DNA of 64,000 nucleotides, taken from the NCBI GenBank assembly GCA_003560665.1, contig PWKK01000023.1, positions 11,698 through 75,697 of the forward strand, in the 5' to 3' direction. A model generated the notes under the pieces. That model ran no database searches and was not told the DNA's origin. It was given only the letters and a program-made list of their open reading frames with translations. Source of the stretch: Candidatus Nealsonbacteria bacterium. GTDB lineage: Bacteria; Patescibacteriota; Minisyncoccia; Minisyncoccales; PWPS01. Below, piece after piece: positions 8,751-18,800 of the stretch. Position 1 is the stretch's first letter; each line of letters starts with the position of its first letter. Both the position numbers and the translations under genes were made by a program.

Positions 8751-9131
8751 TTAACAATTGAGATTTATATCAGGCCACTGGACGTCAACCACTCCGAGAG
8801 CGTTAAGTATCATGGATACAAAAAAGTGGGCGCCGTAGATGATTACGATTCCGATAATTACGCTTGTTATTACGTTTCTCGCTGCAGTGATCTTGCCACT
8901 ATCTCCGCCCGCGGTGTAAAAAAGAATTCCTGCCCAAACGAGAAAAAGGGTGGCAATTGGAGGAACGACGGTAACAAGCACAAAAGTGACGATGTTGGAA
9001 AAAAGTTCAAAAAGATGACAAAGAGTACACGGATTTCCTGCTGTCCCGCAGGGAACAAGACCATTTTGTGCACCTGCTCGTAAAGGAGAGAGCAACAAAA
9101 ACAAAACGATGGATGCTGATATTTTTCGCAT
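8751..9131 (-). CDS. Small secreted/membrane protein of the CPR-type T4SS pilin-like (TrbC/VirB2-like) family
   Basis: 126 aa. It has a signal peptide (MRKISASIVLFLLLSPLRAGA), a Cys motif (GLVPCGTAGNPCTLCHLF) and two hydrophobic helices flanking TAGGDSGKITAARN. This matches my recollection of the T4SS_pilin family that is common in Parcubacteria. A TATAAT box lies about 10 nt upstream of the ATG. Confidence 0.6.
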   Translation of the reverse strand: MRKISASIVLFLLLSPLRAGAQNGLVPCGTAGNPCTLCHLFELFSNIVTFVLVTVVPPIATLFLVWAGILFYTAGGDSGKITAARNVITSVIIGIVIIYGAHFFVSMILNALGVVDVQWPDINLNC

Positions 9132-9184
9132 GTTGTAGAATATTATACCCTTTTTTTAAAAAAATAAAAGATGGTTGGTTAATG

Positions 9185-9258
9185 TACCCCCGGCAGGATT
9201 CGAACCCGCAACCTTGTGGTCCGAAGCCACACGCTCTATCCAGTTGAGCTACGGAGGC
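9185..9258 (-). tRNA. tRNA-Arg (anticodon UCG)
   Basis: Hand-folded reverse complement: GCCTCCG TA GCTC AACTGGATA GAGC G TGTGG CTTCGGA CCACA AGGTT GCGGG TTCGAAT CCTGC CGGGGGT A. 74 nt, CCA not encoded. Confidence 0.9.
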
Positions 9259-9363
9259 AAAAAGGGAAAAATGTGTTTTTAATATAACAGAGAACACCAT
9301 TTCGTCAATATAGGTTTTGGGATGTTTGAAAAAGGAAGGGAGATAAGATACAATTAAAGAGTT

Positions 9364-10878
9364 ATGAACAAAAAGAAAAACGACACTGAAAGGGAAAAAC
9401 CCTTAAAAGAAGGTGTAGGACTGAAAATCCCAAAAGAGGTGGAGATGGTAATAAGAAGCCTTCAAAGCCACGGATACGAAGGATATGTTGTCGGGGGGTG
9501 TGTAAGAGACATTCTAAGAGGAGAAAAACCTGAAGATTTTGATGTGGCGACGAATGCTGAGCCGGAAGAGGTGCAAAAAATATTTCAGAAAAGTTTTTCT
9601 GATAACAAGTTCGGGACAGTGACGGTTTTTACCGGTGCTAAAGAGAAAAGTATAAGAGAGGTCCAAATCACAACTTACCGCATAGAAGAAGGATACGAGG
9701 ACGGAAGGCACCCGGAGAGAGTAATCTTTGTGAAAAATATAAAAGAAGATTTAAAAAGAAGGGATTTTACTATCAATGCGATAGCTCTTAGTCGGAAAGA
9801 AGGAGAATTTGAAATTATCGATTTGTTCCAGGGACAAAAAGACTTAAAAGAAAAAATAATAAGAGCGGTGGGAGACCCCAAAGAAAGGTTTTCCGAAGAT
9901 GCCTTGCGAATGATGAGGGCGATCAGGTTTTCCGCTTCACTTGACTTTTCCATAGAAGAAAAAACGGAAAAGGCAATTCAAGAAAATGCTCATCTTTTAG
10001 AAAAAGTATCAGCCGAAAGAATCAGGGATGAGTTTGTAAAGATAATAATGACAAAAAAGGCATCCGCGGGAGTGGATTATTTGCGCAAAACGGGTCTCTT
10101 AGAAAAGTTTCTTCCGGAGATTGTAGAAGGATACAAGGTTTTGCAAAACAAGCATCACATCTATGACTGCTACGAGCACGCACTTTTTTCACTGGAATAC
10201 GCAGCAAAAAAAAAGTTTGGGATGCATGTAAGAATGGCAGCTCTTTTGCATGATATCGGAAAACCAAGGGTGAAGCACGGAGAGGGGGAAGCGGCAACAT
10301 TTTACAACCACGAGGTTGTAGGGGCGAGGATGACAAGAAAAATTTTGAGGCGCCTTAAGTTTAAAAAAGAGGACAGAGAAAAAATAACCCTCTTGGTGCG
10401 TTACCACCTTTTCTACTATAACGTGGGTGAGGTTTCCGAGAGCTCTGTGAGAAGGCTTTTAAGAAAAGTGGGAAAAGAAAACATAGAAGAGCTCTTGGAG
10501 GTGAGAATGGCTGACAGAATAGGCTCGGGGGTGCCGAAAGCAGAGCCATACAGGTTACGGCATATGCGTTATTTAATAGAAAAGGTTTCCCAAGACGCCA
10601 TCAGTGCGAACATGTTGAAAATCAGCGGAAACGATGTGATGGAAGTAATGGAGATACCTCCCGGGCCGGTTATCGGAGATGTTCTAGACATCCTCCTTTT
10701 AAAAGTAATCAATAACCCGGAACTAAATGACAAAGAGAAGTTGAGAGAGGAGGTAGAAAAAATGAAGGGGAAAAAAGAAGAAGAGGTAAGAGGGGAAGCA
10801 AAAAAGGCGAAAAAAGAAATAGAAAAAGTGGAAATGAAGCGCGATGAAATGACAAAAAAGAGATACTGGGTAAGCTAG
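9364..10878 (+). CDS. cca: CCA-adding tRNA nucleotidyltransferase with an HD domain and a K/E-rich C-terminal tail
   Basis: GGCVRDILRGEKPEDFDVAT and RRDFTINA are the class II nucleotidyltransferase head. LLHDIGKP marks the HD domain. 504 aa. Confidence 0.85.
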   Translation: MNKKKNDTEREKPLKEGVGLKIPKEVEMVIRSLQSHGYEGYVVGGCVRDILRGEKPEDFDVATNAEPEEVQKIFQKSFSDNKFGTVTVFTGAKEKSIREVQITTYRIEEGYEDGRHPERVIFVKNIKEDLKRRDFTINAIALSRKEGEFEIIDLFQGQKDLKEKIIRAVGDPKERFSEDALRMMRAIRFSASLDFSIEEKTEKAIQENAHLLEKVSAERIRDEFVKIIMTKKASAGVDYLRKTGLLEKFLPEIVEGYKVLQNKHHIYDCYEHALFSLEYAAKKKFGMHVRMAALLHDIGKPRVKHGEGEAATFYNHEVVGARMTRKILRRLKFKKEDREKITLLVRYHLFYYNVGEVSESSVRRLLRKVGKENIEELLEVRMADRIGSGVPKAEPYRLRHMRYLIEKVSQDAISANMLKISGNDVMEVMEIPPGPVIGDVLDILLLKVINNPELNDKEKLREEVEKMKGKKEEEVRGEAKKAKKEIEKVEMKRDEMTKKRYWVS

Positions 10879-10881
10879 ATC

Positions 10882-10952
10882 CGGGCCGTGGTGTAACGGC
10901 AGCACGCATCCTTCGGGTGGATGTAGCTCGAGTTCAAATCTCGGCGGCCCGA
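10882..10952 (+). tRNA. tRNA-Pro (anticodon CGG)
   Basis: Hand fold: CGGGCCG TG GTGT AACGGCA GCAC G CATCC TTCGGGT GGATG TAGC TCGAG TTCAAAT CTCGG CGGCCCG A. It has a short 4-nt variable loop and no encoded CCA, and it starts 4 nt after the cca stop. Confidence 0.8.
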
Positions 10953-11115
10953 CATTATGTTATTTTGACTTTGATTTCCTTGAAGTTCAGCAAACAAGCT
11001 CTTTTGCAGTTCTGAAGGTTACAATTCTCTCTAAGAGGGAATTCCCGCGAGATCTTCATTGAAAGGAGAAAGAAATAGTGTTAATATCAGCCTATTGAGA
11101 AAACCATTATAAGGG

Positions 11116-12321
11116 ATGGACTTAGTTTATTTGCTTATGGAAGATAAAAAAGACGAAGAGAGAAAAATAAAAGAGGTTTTGGTAAGGGGTGTGGAGGAGA
11201 AAATTGACGAAAAGAATCTCGAAAAAAAGTTAAGAAGTGGAAAAAAGTTGCGCGTCAAGCTTGGGATTGATCCAACAAGTCCCAACTTACACCTCGGAAG
11301 ATCAATTCCCCTCTTAAAATTAAGAGATTTTCAGGAGCTGGGACACCAAATAGTATTTATTATCGGTGATTTTACCGGAATAATCGGTGATACTTCCGAC
11401 AAAGAAAGTGAGAGACCGATGCTTACGGAGGAAGTGGTAAAAGAAAATCTGGAAACATACAAAGAGCAGGCGGGAAAAATTATTGATCTTGCAAAAGCTG
11501 AAGTTAAGCATAACAGTGAGTGGCTTGGAAAATTAAATTACATGGAGATAGGAAAACAGGCAAACATTTTTTCTCTCAACGAATTTATCTCGCGTGAAAA
11601 CATCAGCAAAAGATTAGAGAAGGGAAAGAGAATTTCTCTTCGGGAGCTTCTTTATCCCCTGATGCAAGGGTATGACTCGGTGATGATAAAGGCTGATGTT
11701 GAGATTGGAGGAACAGACCAAAAGTTTAATCTTTTGACGGGAAGAACAATCCAAAAAGAGTACGGCCAAGAATCTCAAGACATTATCACCAATCCCCTTA
11801 TTGAAGGATTGGACGGGGAGAAGATGAGTTCAAGCAAAGGAAACACAATTAACCTTACCGACAAACCGAACGACATGTTTGGAAAAGTGATGTCTCTCCA
11901 GGACGACTTGATTATCCGGTACTTTACTCTTTTAACGAGAGTTGAGATGGAAAAAATAAAAGATTATCAGGAAGAGATGGAAAAAGGAACTAACCCCAGA
12001 GACATTAAAATAAAGTTGGCCCATGAAATTGTTAGAATGTATCACTCTCGAGAGAAAGCGGATGATGCACAGAATTATTTTGTAAAAACATTTTCAAAAA
12101 AAGAAACTCCTTCGGAGATGCCGGAGTTTAAGCCGAAAGATTATAATATTGTTTCCGTGCTCAGTGAAGCGGGACTTACCTCTTCGCGGGGAGAGGCAAG
12201 AAGGGTACTAGATCAAGGGGGGGTTCGGGTAAACGGCGAAACGGTTAGAGATGCTAGCTACATCGTAGAAAAGAACTCTGTCCTTCAAAAAGGAAAAATC
12301 AAATTCCTGAAAATACTGTAA
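11116..12321 (+). CDS. tyrS: Tyrosyl-tRNA synthetase
   Basis: GIDPTSPNLHLGRSIP is the HIGH region and KMSSSKGN the KMSKS region. The C-terminal S4-like segment reads GEARRVLDQGGVRVNGE. An alternative ATG lies at 11137. Confidence 0.9.
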   Translation: MDLVYLLMEDKKDEERKIKEVLVRGVEEKIDEKNLEKKLRSGKKLRVKLGIDPTSPNLHLGRSIPLLKLRDFQELGHQIVFIIGDFTGIIGDTSDKESERPMLTEEVVKENLETYKEQAGKIIDLAKAEVKHNSEWLGKLNYMEIGKQANIFSLNEFISRENISKRLEKGKRISLRELLYPLMQGYDSVMIKADVEIGGTDQKFNLLTGRTIQKEYGQESQDIITNPLIEGLDGEKMSSSKGNTINLTDKPNDMFGKVMSLQDDLIIRYFTLLTRVEMEKIKDYQEEMEKGTNPRDIKIKLAHEIVRMYHSREKADDAQNYFVKTFSKKETPSEMPEFKPKDYNIVSVLSEAGLTSSRGEARRVLDQGGVRVNGETVRDASYIVEKNSVLQKGKIKFLKIL

Positions 12322-12344
12322 AAAAGAGCAATTTGTGAATCGAT

Positions 12345-12372
12345 TTGACAAAAAATTTTTTGTAAGTACAAT
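12345..12372 (+). promoter_or_regulatory. Sigma70-like promoter upstream of rpoB
   Basis: TTGACA at 12345-12350, a 16-nt spacer, then TACAAT at 12367-12372. Confidence 0.45.
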
Positions 12373-12516
12373 TAAGGCTACTTTATAACATGGGTCCAGA
12401 ATACGACCTATCTTTTGTTTTCATTTATAAAATTTTGTTTGAACTCGTTTTTCTATAACCTATAAAGACAAAAATCCTTGATTTTTAAAGTCGGGGCGTT
12501 TTTGTTTTGTTTTTTT

Positions 12517-15500
12517 ATGCAAAAAGTAAAATACTTCGGAAAAAAGAAAATCTCTCTTCCACCACCTTACCTTTTAAATATCCAGAAAGAAGCATGGGAA
12601 GATTTTTGGAACAAAAAAATTAAAGCTCTCTTTCGGGAGATATCTCCCATTCGCGACTATACGGGAAAGGAGTGGGAACTTTACTTTCTTGAATACAAGC
12701 TTGGAAAGCCGAAATACAAGAGTGGGAAAGAGGCGAAAGAAAACAACGACTCTTACGAAGCTCCTCTTAAAATAGAGGTAGAGCTCCGTGATTTGAAGAC
12801 AAAAAAATCAAAAAAACAAGAGATTTTTCTGTGTGATTTCCCCCTAATGACTACGCGGGGAACTTTTATTATCAACGGAGTGGAAAGAGTTGCTGTTTCT
12901 CAGCTGATCCGTTCTCCGGGAGCTTTTTTTACTTCACAGATAATTCACGGAGAAAGATGTTTTGGGGCAAAAGTCATTCCCAACAGGGGCACTTGGCTTG
13001 AATTCCAGACAGAACAGTCCGGATTTATTGGTGTAAAAATAGACCGAAGAAGAAAGGTGCCTGCAACAACCCTCCTTCGTGCTATCGGTTTGCCCGAAAT
13101 GGAGTATCCCGATTGGAAAGGCGCGACAGATGAGGAGATTTTGAGGCTTTTTAAAGATGTAGACAAAGGAGAAAGGAAGTTGATAGAAAAAACACTAGAG
13201 AAGGATTTATCTAAAAACAGAGAAACGGCACTTGTTGAAATATATAAACGTATTCGTCCGGGAGACATCGTAACTCCGGAAACGGCTCGCGAACTTGTAG
13301 AAAACACATTTTTTAATTTTGAAAGATATGATCTTTCCGAAGTGGGCCGATTTAGAATGTGGCAAAGACTACCTGAAATAAAGGAAAAAGAAGAAATAAA
13401 AATAGATGATCGTCTCCTTTATCCGGAAGATGTAGTCGCCGTATTACGAGAGATTGTTCGTCTCAACAATGATCCTTCTGCTCGTGAAGACGAGATAGAC
13501 CACCTTGGCAATCGTCGAATGAGACCGTTTACAGAGCTTTTGGAGAACACGCTGCGTCTCGGACTGACAAGAATAGAAAGAAACATTAAAGACAAAATAT
13601 CAACAGCCGATCTTTCCGGAATTAACCCCGGAAAACTTGTCAACTCGCGTCCTTTTGTTGCGGCAGTGCAGAGGTTTTTCTCTTCTTCGCAGATATCACA
13701 GTTTATGGACTGCGCCAACCCCCTTGCAGAGATGGAGCACAAGAGGCGTCTTACCGCTACCGGTCCGGGGGGACTTAAAAGAGAAAGAGCGGGATTTGAA
13801 GCGAGAGATGTGCAGGCGTCACACTACGGAAGAATTTGCCCGATCCAAACACCGGAAGGACAAAACGTGGGTCTTGTAAGTCACCTATCTCTTTACGCAA
13901 GAGTGAATCGTTATGGATTTTTGGAAACTCCCTATTTTAAGGTTAGCAAAGGAAAAGTTAGTAAAGAGATTGTTTATTTCAATGCTCACGAAGAAGAAAG
14001 ATACATTATCGCTCACGGAGGTATCAGGACCGATGAGAGTGGAAAAATTATTTCCGAAAAGGTGGAGGCGAGAACTGGAGGGAAGCCGGGAATTTTTAAT
14101 AGAAACGAGATAGAGTATATCGATGTTGCCGCAGAGCAGCTTGTTTCCGTTGCTGCCTCAATGATTCCTTTCTTGCAGAACGACGATGCAAACAGAGCTC
14201 TTATGGGATCAAACATGCAACGGCAGTCAGTCCCTCTTTTAAACCCAAAAGCTCCTCTTGTTTCAACCGGAACCGAGGAAAGGGTTGCACGTGATTCGGG
14301 ACATGCGGTTATCGCTGAGGAGGGAGGTAAGGTTACAGAAGTAGATGGTAGCCATGTAGTGGTAAAAGGAAACAAGCGAGAAAAGAGGTATGATTTAGAG
14401 ATATTTTCGGAAACCAACCAGTATACCTGTTTTCACCAGAAGCCGATTGTGAAAAAAGGAGAAACGGTAAAGAAAGGACAGTTTTTAAGCGACGGAGGGT
14501 CGGTGCAAAACGGAAGAGTCGCTCTCGGGCAAAACGTTCTTGTTGGTTTTATGTCATGGAGAGGAAGAAACTTTGAGGACGCAGTTATTATCTCTGAACG
14601 GCTGGTAAAGAAGGATATCTACACATCGATTCACATTGAGAACTTTGTCTGTGATGTAAGAGAGACAAAGCTTGGTCCGGAAGTTACAACTTCCGACATT
14701 CCCAATGTTTCTGAAAAAAAACTAAAAGATTTGGATGAAGAAGGGGTTGTCAGAATCGGCGCAGAAGTCGGCCCTAACGACATTCTGGTGGGAAAGATAT
14801 CTCCCAAAGGAAAAACAGACCTTACCGCTGAAGAAAGACTTTTAAAAGCAATCTTCGGAGAAAAGGCGAAGGACGTGAAAGATACTTCTCTTGTAATGGA
14901 GCACGGAAAAAGAGGAAGGGTTGTCGCGGTAAAAGTTTTTTCTCGAGAAGAAGGTCACAAGCTGGATACGGGAGTTATAAAAAGGGTTGAGGTGAAAGTA
15001 GCACAAATAAGAAAAATTAGATCAGGAGATAAGCTTGCCGGAAGACACGGAAACAAGGGCATTATTTCCCAAGTTTTGCCTGAAGAAGAGATGCCTTTCT
15101 TAGACGACGGCAGTCCTGTTGATATCATTCTCAATCCGTTGTCGGTTGTTTCCAGGATGAATCTAGGACAGATACTGGAAACCCATCTCGGATTGGCAGC
15201 ACATGAAGGAGGATATATCGCTGTTACTCCGTCGCTTTCGGGAGCCAATGTTGAAGACATCAGAAAGGAACTCGAAAAAGAAGGATTACCCAAAGACGGA
15301 AAAATGGATGTTTTTGACGGAAGAACAGGAGAAAAATTTCCGCAAAAAGTTACCGTCGGACATATCTATATGATGAAACTGGAGCACATGGTGGAAGATA
15401 AAATCCACATGCGTTCTATCGGACCTTACTCTTTGATTACGCAACAGCCTTTGGGAGGAAGAGCACAGTTTGGAGGGCAAAGGTTTGGAGAAATGGAAGT

Positions 15501-15714
15501 TTGGGCATTGGAGGGATACGGTGCGGCCTATATTTTGCAAGAAATGCTTACAATCAAGTCGGATGATGTTTCCGGAAGAGCTGCCGCTTACGAGGCTATT
15601 CTTAAAAACGAAACAATTCAAACGCCGAACGTTCCTGCTTCTTTTGAGCTTTTAATTGCTGAAATGAAATCGATGGGAATTAACGTGGAAGTAAAAAGGA
15701 AAGGCAAAGATTAG
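12517..15714 (+). CDS. rpoB: DNA-directed RNA polymerase beta subunit
   Basis: Conserved blocks include GTFIINGVERVAVSQLIRSPG, SQFMDCANPLAEMEHKRRL and GRHGNKGIIS. I placed the start at ATG 12517 (MQKVKYFG), not at the track's upstream TTG at 12478. Confidence 0.97.
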   Translation: MQKVKYFGKKKISLPPPYLLNIQKEAWEDFWNKKIKALFREISPIRDYTGKEWELYFLEYKLGKPKYKSGKEAKENNDSYEAPLKIEVELRDLKTKKSKKQEIFLCDFPLMTTRGTFIINGVERVAVSQLIRSPGAFFTSQIIHGERCFGAKVIPNRGTWLEFQTEQSGFIGVKIDRRRKVPATTLLRAIGLPEMEYPDWKGATDEEILRLFKDVDKGERKLIEKTLEKDLSKNRETALVEIYKRIRPGDIVTPETARELVENTFFNFERYDLSEVGRFRMWQRLPEIKEKEEIKIDDRLLYPEDVVAVLREIVRLNNDPSAREDEIDHLGNRRMRPFTELLENTLRLGLTRIERNIKDKISTADLSGINPGKLVNSRPFVAAVQRFFSSSQISQFMDCANPLAEMEHKRRLTATGPGGLKRERAGFEARDVQASHYGRICPIQTPEGQNVGLVSHLSLYARVNRYGFLETPYFKVSKGKVSKEIVYFNAHEEERYIIAHGGIRTDESGKIISEKVEARTGGKPGIFNRNEIEYIDVAAEQLVSVAASMIPFLQNDDANRALMGSNMQRQSVPLLNPKAPLVSTGTEERVARDSGHAVIAEEGGKVTEVDGSHVVVKGNKREKRYDLEIFSETNQYTCFHQKPIVKKGETVKKGQFLSDGGSVQNGRVALGQNVLVGFMSWRGRNFEDAVIISERLVKKDIYTSIHIENFVCDVRETKLGPEVTTSDIPNVSEKKLKDLDEEGVVRIGAEVGPNDILVGKISPKGKTDLTAEERLLKAIFGEKAKDVKDTSLVMEHGKRGRVVAVKVFSREEGHKLDTGVIKRVEVKVAQIRKIRSGDKLAGRHGNKGIISQVLPEEEMPFLDDGSPVDIILNPLSVVSRMNLGQILETHLGLAAHEGGYIAVTPSLSGANVEDIRKELEKEGLPKDGKMDVFDGRTGEKFPQKVTVGHIYMMKLEHMVEDKIHMRSIGPYSLITQQPLGGRAQFGGQRFGEMEVWALEGYGAAYILQEMLTIKSDDVSGRAAAYEAILKNETIQTPNVPASFELLIAEMKSMGINVEVKRKGKD

Positions 15715-15816
15715 TTTTTAATTACAAAAAAAATTATAAAAAGTATAAAAAATTTGAAACGCGGAAAAAACCACTATTTGTCTTTCTAAATTTCGCACTT
15801 CGAATTTTAAATAATT

Positions 15817-18800
15817 ATGCGTGTAGAAGATCTTGTCGCCATCAGAATAAAACTTGCCTCTCCGGACGATATTTTAAGTTGGTCCTTTGGAGAGGTGGTG
15901 GAAGCGGAAACGATCAATTACCGAAATCAAAAACCCGAAAAGGAAGGTTTGTTTTGTGAAAAAATATTCGTTCCGGAGAAGGATTACAAGTGTTACTGTG
16001 GAAAGTATCGCAAAGTACGTTTCAAGGGTGTTGTTTGTGATCGTTGCGGGGTTGAAGTTACCAAGGCTTCCGTTAGACGAGAAAGAATGGGACACATTAA
16101 ACTTGCCTGTCCCGTCTCTCATATTTGGTTTTTAAGAGGAATTCCATCAAGAATGGGTCTTATCTTAGACATTCCGATGAAAAAAATGGAAAGAGTTGTT
16201 TACTTCACTTCCTATATAATTACCAAGGTTGATGAAGAAAAAAAGAAAGCGATTCTTAAAGAAGTTGACAAAGAGTACAAGAAAAAAGTAAAGCAAAAAA
16301 GAGAAGAGCTTAAGGGAGAAGCGAGAGAAGAAGAGATTGCGAAGCTAACCGTGCAACGTGATAATGTTCGTGAGGAACTAAAGCTGATAAAGCCGATGGA
16401 AGTACATCCGGAAATCGAATACCATCGCTTGTCTGTAAAGTACGGGGAGATTTTTGAAGGCGGAACGGGGGCAGAAGCGTTAAGAGAGGTTTTTGAGCAG
16501 ATAGATATCGGTAAAGAGACGGAAAAGCTAACGGCGGAAAAGGTAAAGACCACATCCACGGCAAAAAGAAAGAAAATACTTCAAAGACTGAGAGTTTTTC
16601 GAAGAATGAAGAGTGCGGGAATAAGGCCCGAGTGGATGTTTACTACCGTTCTCCCGGTTCTTCCTCCAGACTTAAGGCCGATTATTCAGCTTGATGGAGG
16701 AAGGTATGCTTCTTCCGATCTAAATGATCTTTACAGAAGAGTGATAAATCGTAACAACCGCTTGAAGTACCTACTGGAAATAAGTGCTCCTGAAGTTATT
16801 GTCAGAAATGAAAAAAGAATGCTTCAAGAAGCGGTGGATGCCCTACTGGACAATCAGATGAGAAAAGGAGTTGTTACGCAGGCTTCCACCGGAGGAAAAA
16901 GGCTTCTCAAGTCCCTTGCCGATATGCTTAAGGGAAAACAGGGAAGGTTTCGCCAAAACCTGCTCGGAAAAAGGGTTGATTACTCCGGACGTTCGGTTAT
17001 TGTAATCGGACCGGATCTTAACCTCGATCAGTGTGGAATACCGAAACAGATGGCCCTAGAGATATTTAAGCCTTTCGTTATATCTCGTATTTTGGATCAA
17101 AGGCTCGCGTACAATGTTCGCGGTGCTTCGCGACTTATTGAAGACGAAGCAGATGATGTTTGGGCAATTTTAGAAGAGGTTGTTAAAGACAGAAAAGTTC
17201 TTTTGAATCGTGCCCCAACACTACACCGATTGGGAATTCAAGCGTTTCAGCCGATTTTGATTGAGGGTCTCGCTATCCGCCTTCACCCCTTTGTTTGTGA
17301 GGCGTTTAATGCCGATTTTGATGGTGACCAGATGGCGGTTCACTTACCCCTTTCAGAGAAGGCACAAGAAGAGGCAAGCAACAAGATGATATCTTCTAAA
17401 AATTTGTTGAAACCGGCAACAGGGCTTCCAATTGTTTCTCCCTCGCAAGATATAGTGCTGGGTTGTTACTGGCTAACAATGATGAGAAAGGGAGCAAAAG
17501 GAGAAGGAAAGTACTTTTCCGGATACTCTGAGGTGGAACATGCTCTTGAAAAAGGGACAGTTGATCTTCACGCGAAAATAAATGTCCGTATCGTAGGAGA
17601 GATGAAGGAAACAACACCAGGAAGAGTTGTTTTTAGCAGAGCTTTACCGAGAAAAATTCCTTTCCAAAACAAGACGATGAAGTCTCGTGAACTGAAAAAG
17701 CTTGTTGCGGAAATTATTCAAGAGCACAAAGATGACGAGACGCATCTTCTTTTAGACAAGATAAAAGAGCTTGGTTTTGAGTATGCCACAAAATCGGGAG
17801 TTTCCTGGGGAATGGATGACCTTGTGACACCAAAAGAGAAAGAAAAAATTATGAAGGAGGCAGAAAAGGAAAGAGAAGAGGTTGAAAACTATTTTGAACA
17901 GGGATTTTTCTCTGAAGAAGAGAAAAAGGAAAAAGTAATAGAGGTTTGGGCAAAGGCAAAAGCGGAGATTGAAAGTAAGGTTCCTGAAGCTCTTCCTGAA
18001 GGAGGATCCGCTTTTATAATAACCGACTCCGGGTCTCGTGGTTCTTGGTCTCAGCCAATACAGATGGCGGGAATGAAAGGAATGGTAGTAAACCCTTCAG
18101 GAGAAATTATAGAACTACCCATTAAGAGCTCCTACAAAGAGGGCTTTGACGTATTAGAGTATTTCATCTCTACTCACGGAGCGAGGAAAGGTACTGTTGA
18201 TACGGCACTACGTACCGCACAGGCGGGTTATCTCACAAGAAGACTGATTGATGTTGCTCACGAGGTAATTGTTACCTCTGATGACTGCAAGGACACTGAG
18301 GGGATACAGATTTTGAGATCGGACGCGGACGAGATAGATCAGGACTTTCTCTTTAAAATTAACGGAAGAGTTGTTCTGGAGGATGTATTGATTGAGGGAA
18401 AGAAGGTGGTGAAAAAGGGAGAGGTCATTACCATGAAAAAGGCAAGAGAGATAGAAGAGTCGGACGTTTCTTCAGTGCGAGTGAGATCGGTTTTGGGCTG
18501 TAAAAAAATAGAAGGAGTTTGTGCCAAGTGTTACGGATGGGACCTGGGATTAAACGAAATGGTTGGGAAAGGTGATGCGGTGGGAATTGTTGCCGCACAG
18601 GCGATTGGAGAGCCAGGAACACAACTTACAATGAGGACATTCCACACCGGAGGAGTTGCGGGAGGAGTTGATATCACACTTGGTCTTCCTCGTGTGCAAG
18701 AAATTTTTGAACGAAGGGTTCCGAAGGGAAAAGCAGATGTGTCGGATGTAGACGGGAAGGTGATGGAGATTACTAAAGAAAGAGTAGTAAAGATAAGGGC

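Noticed and set aside
9007-9300. 97-aa minus-strand ORF spanning tRNA-Arg and the pilin-like gene start.
   Set aside because: It reads through a well-folded tRNA and overlaps the better-supported 8751..9131 gene in another frame.
10953-11115. Possible T-box leader upstream of tyrS.
   Set aside because: I looked for the conserved T-box sequence (AGGGUGGUACCGCG-like) and a Tyr specifier context and found neither. The gap is also shorter than typical T-box leaders.
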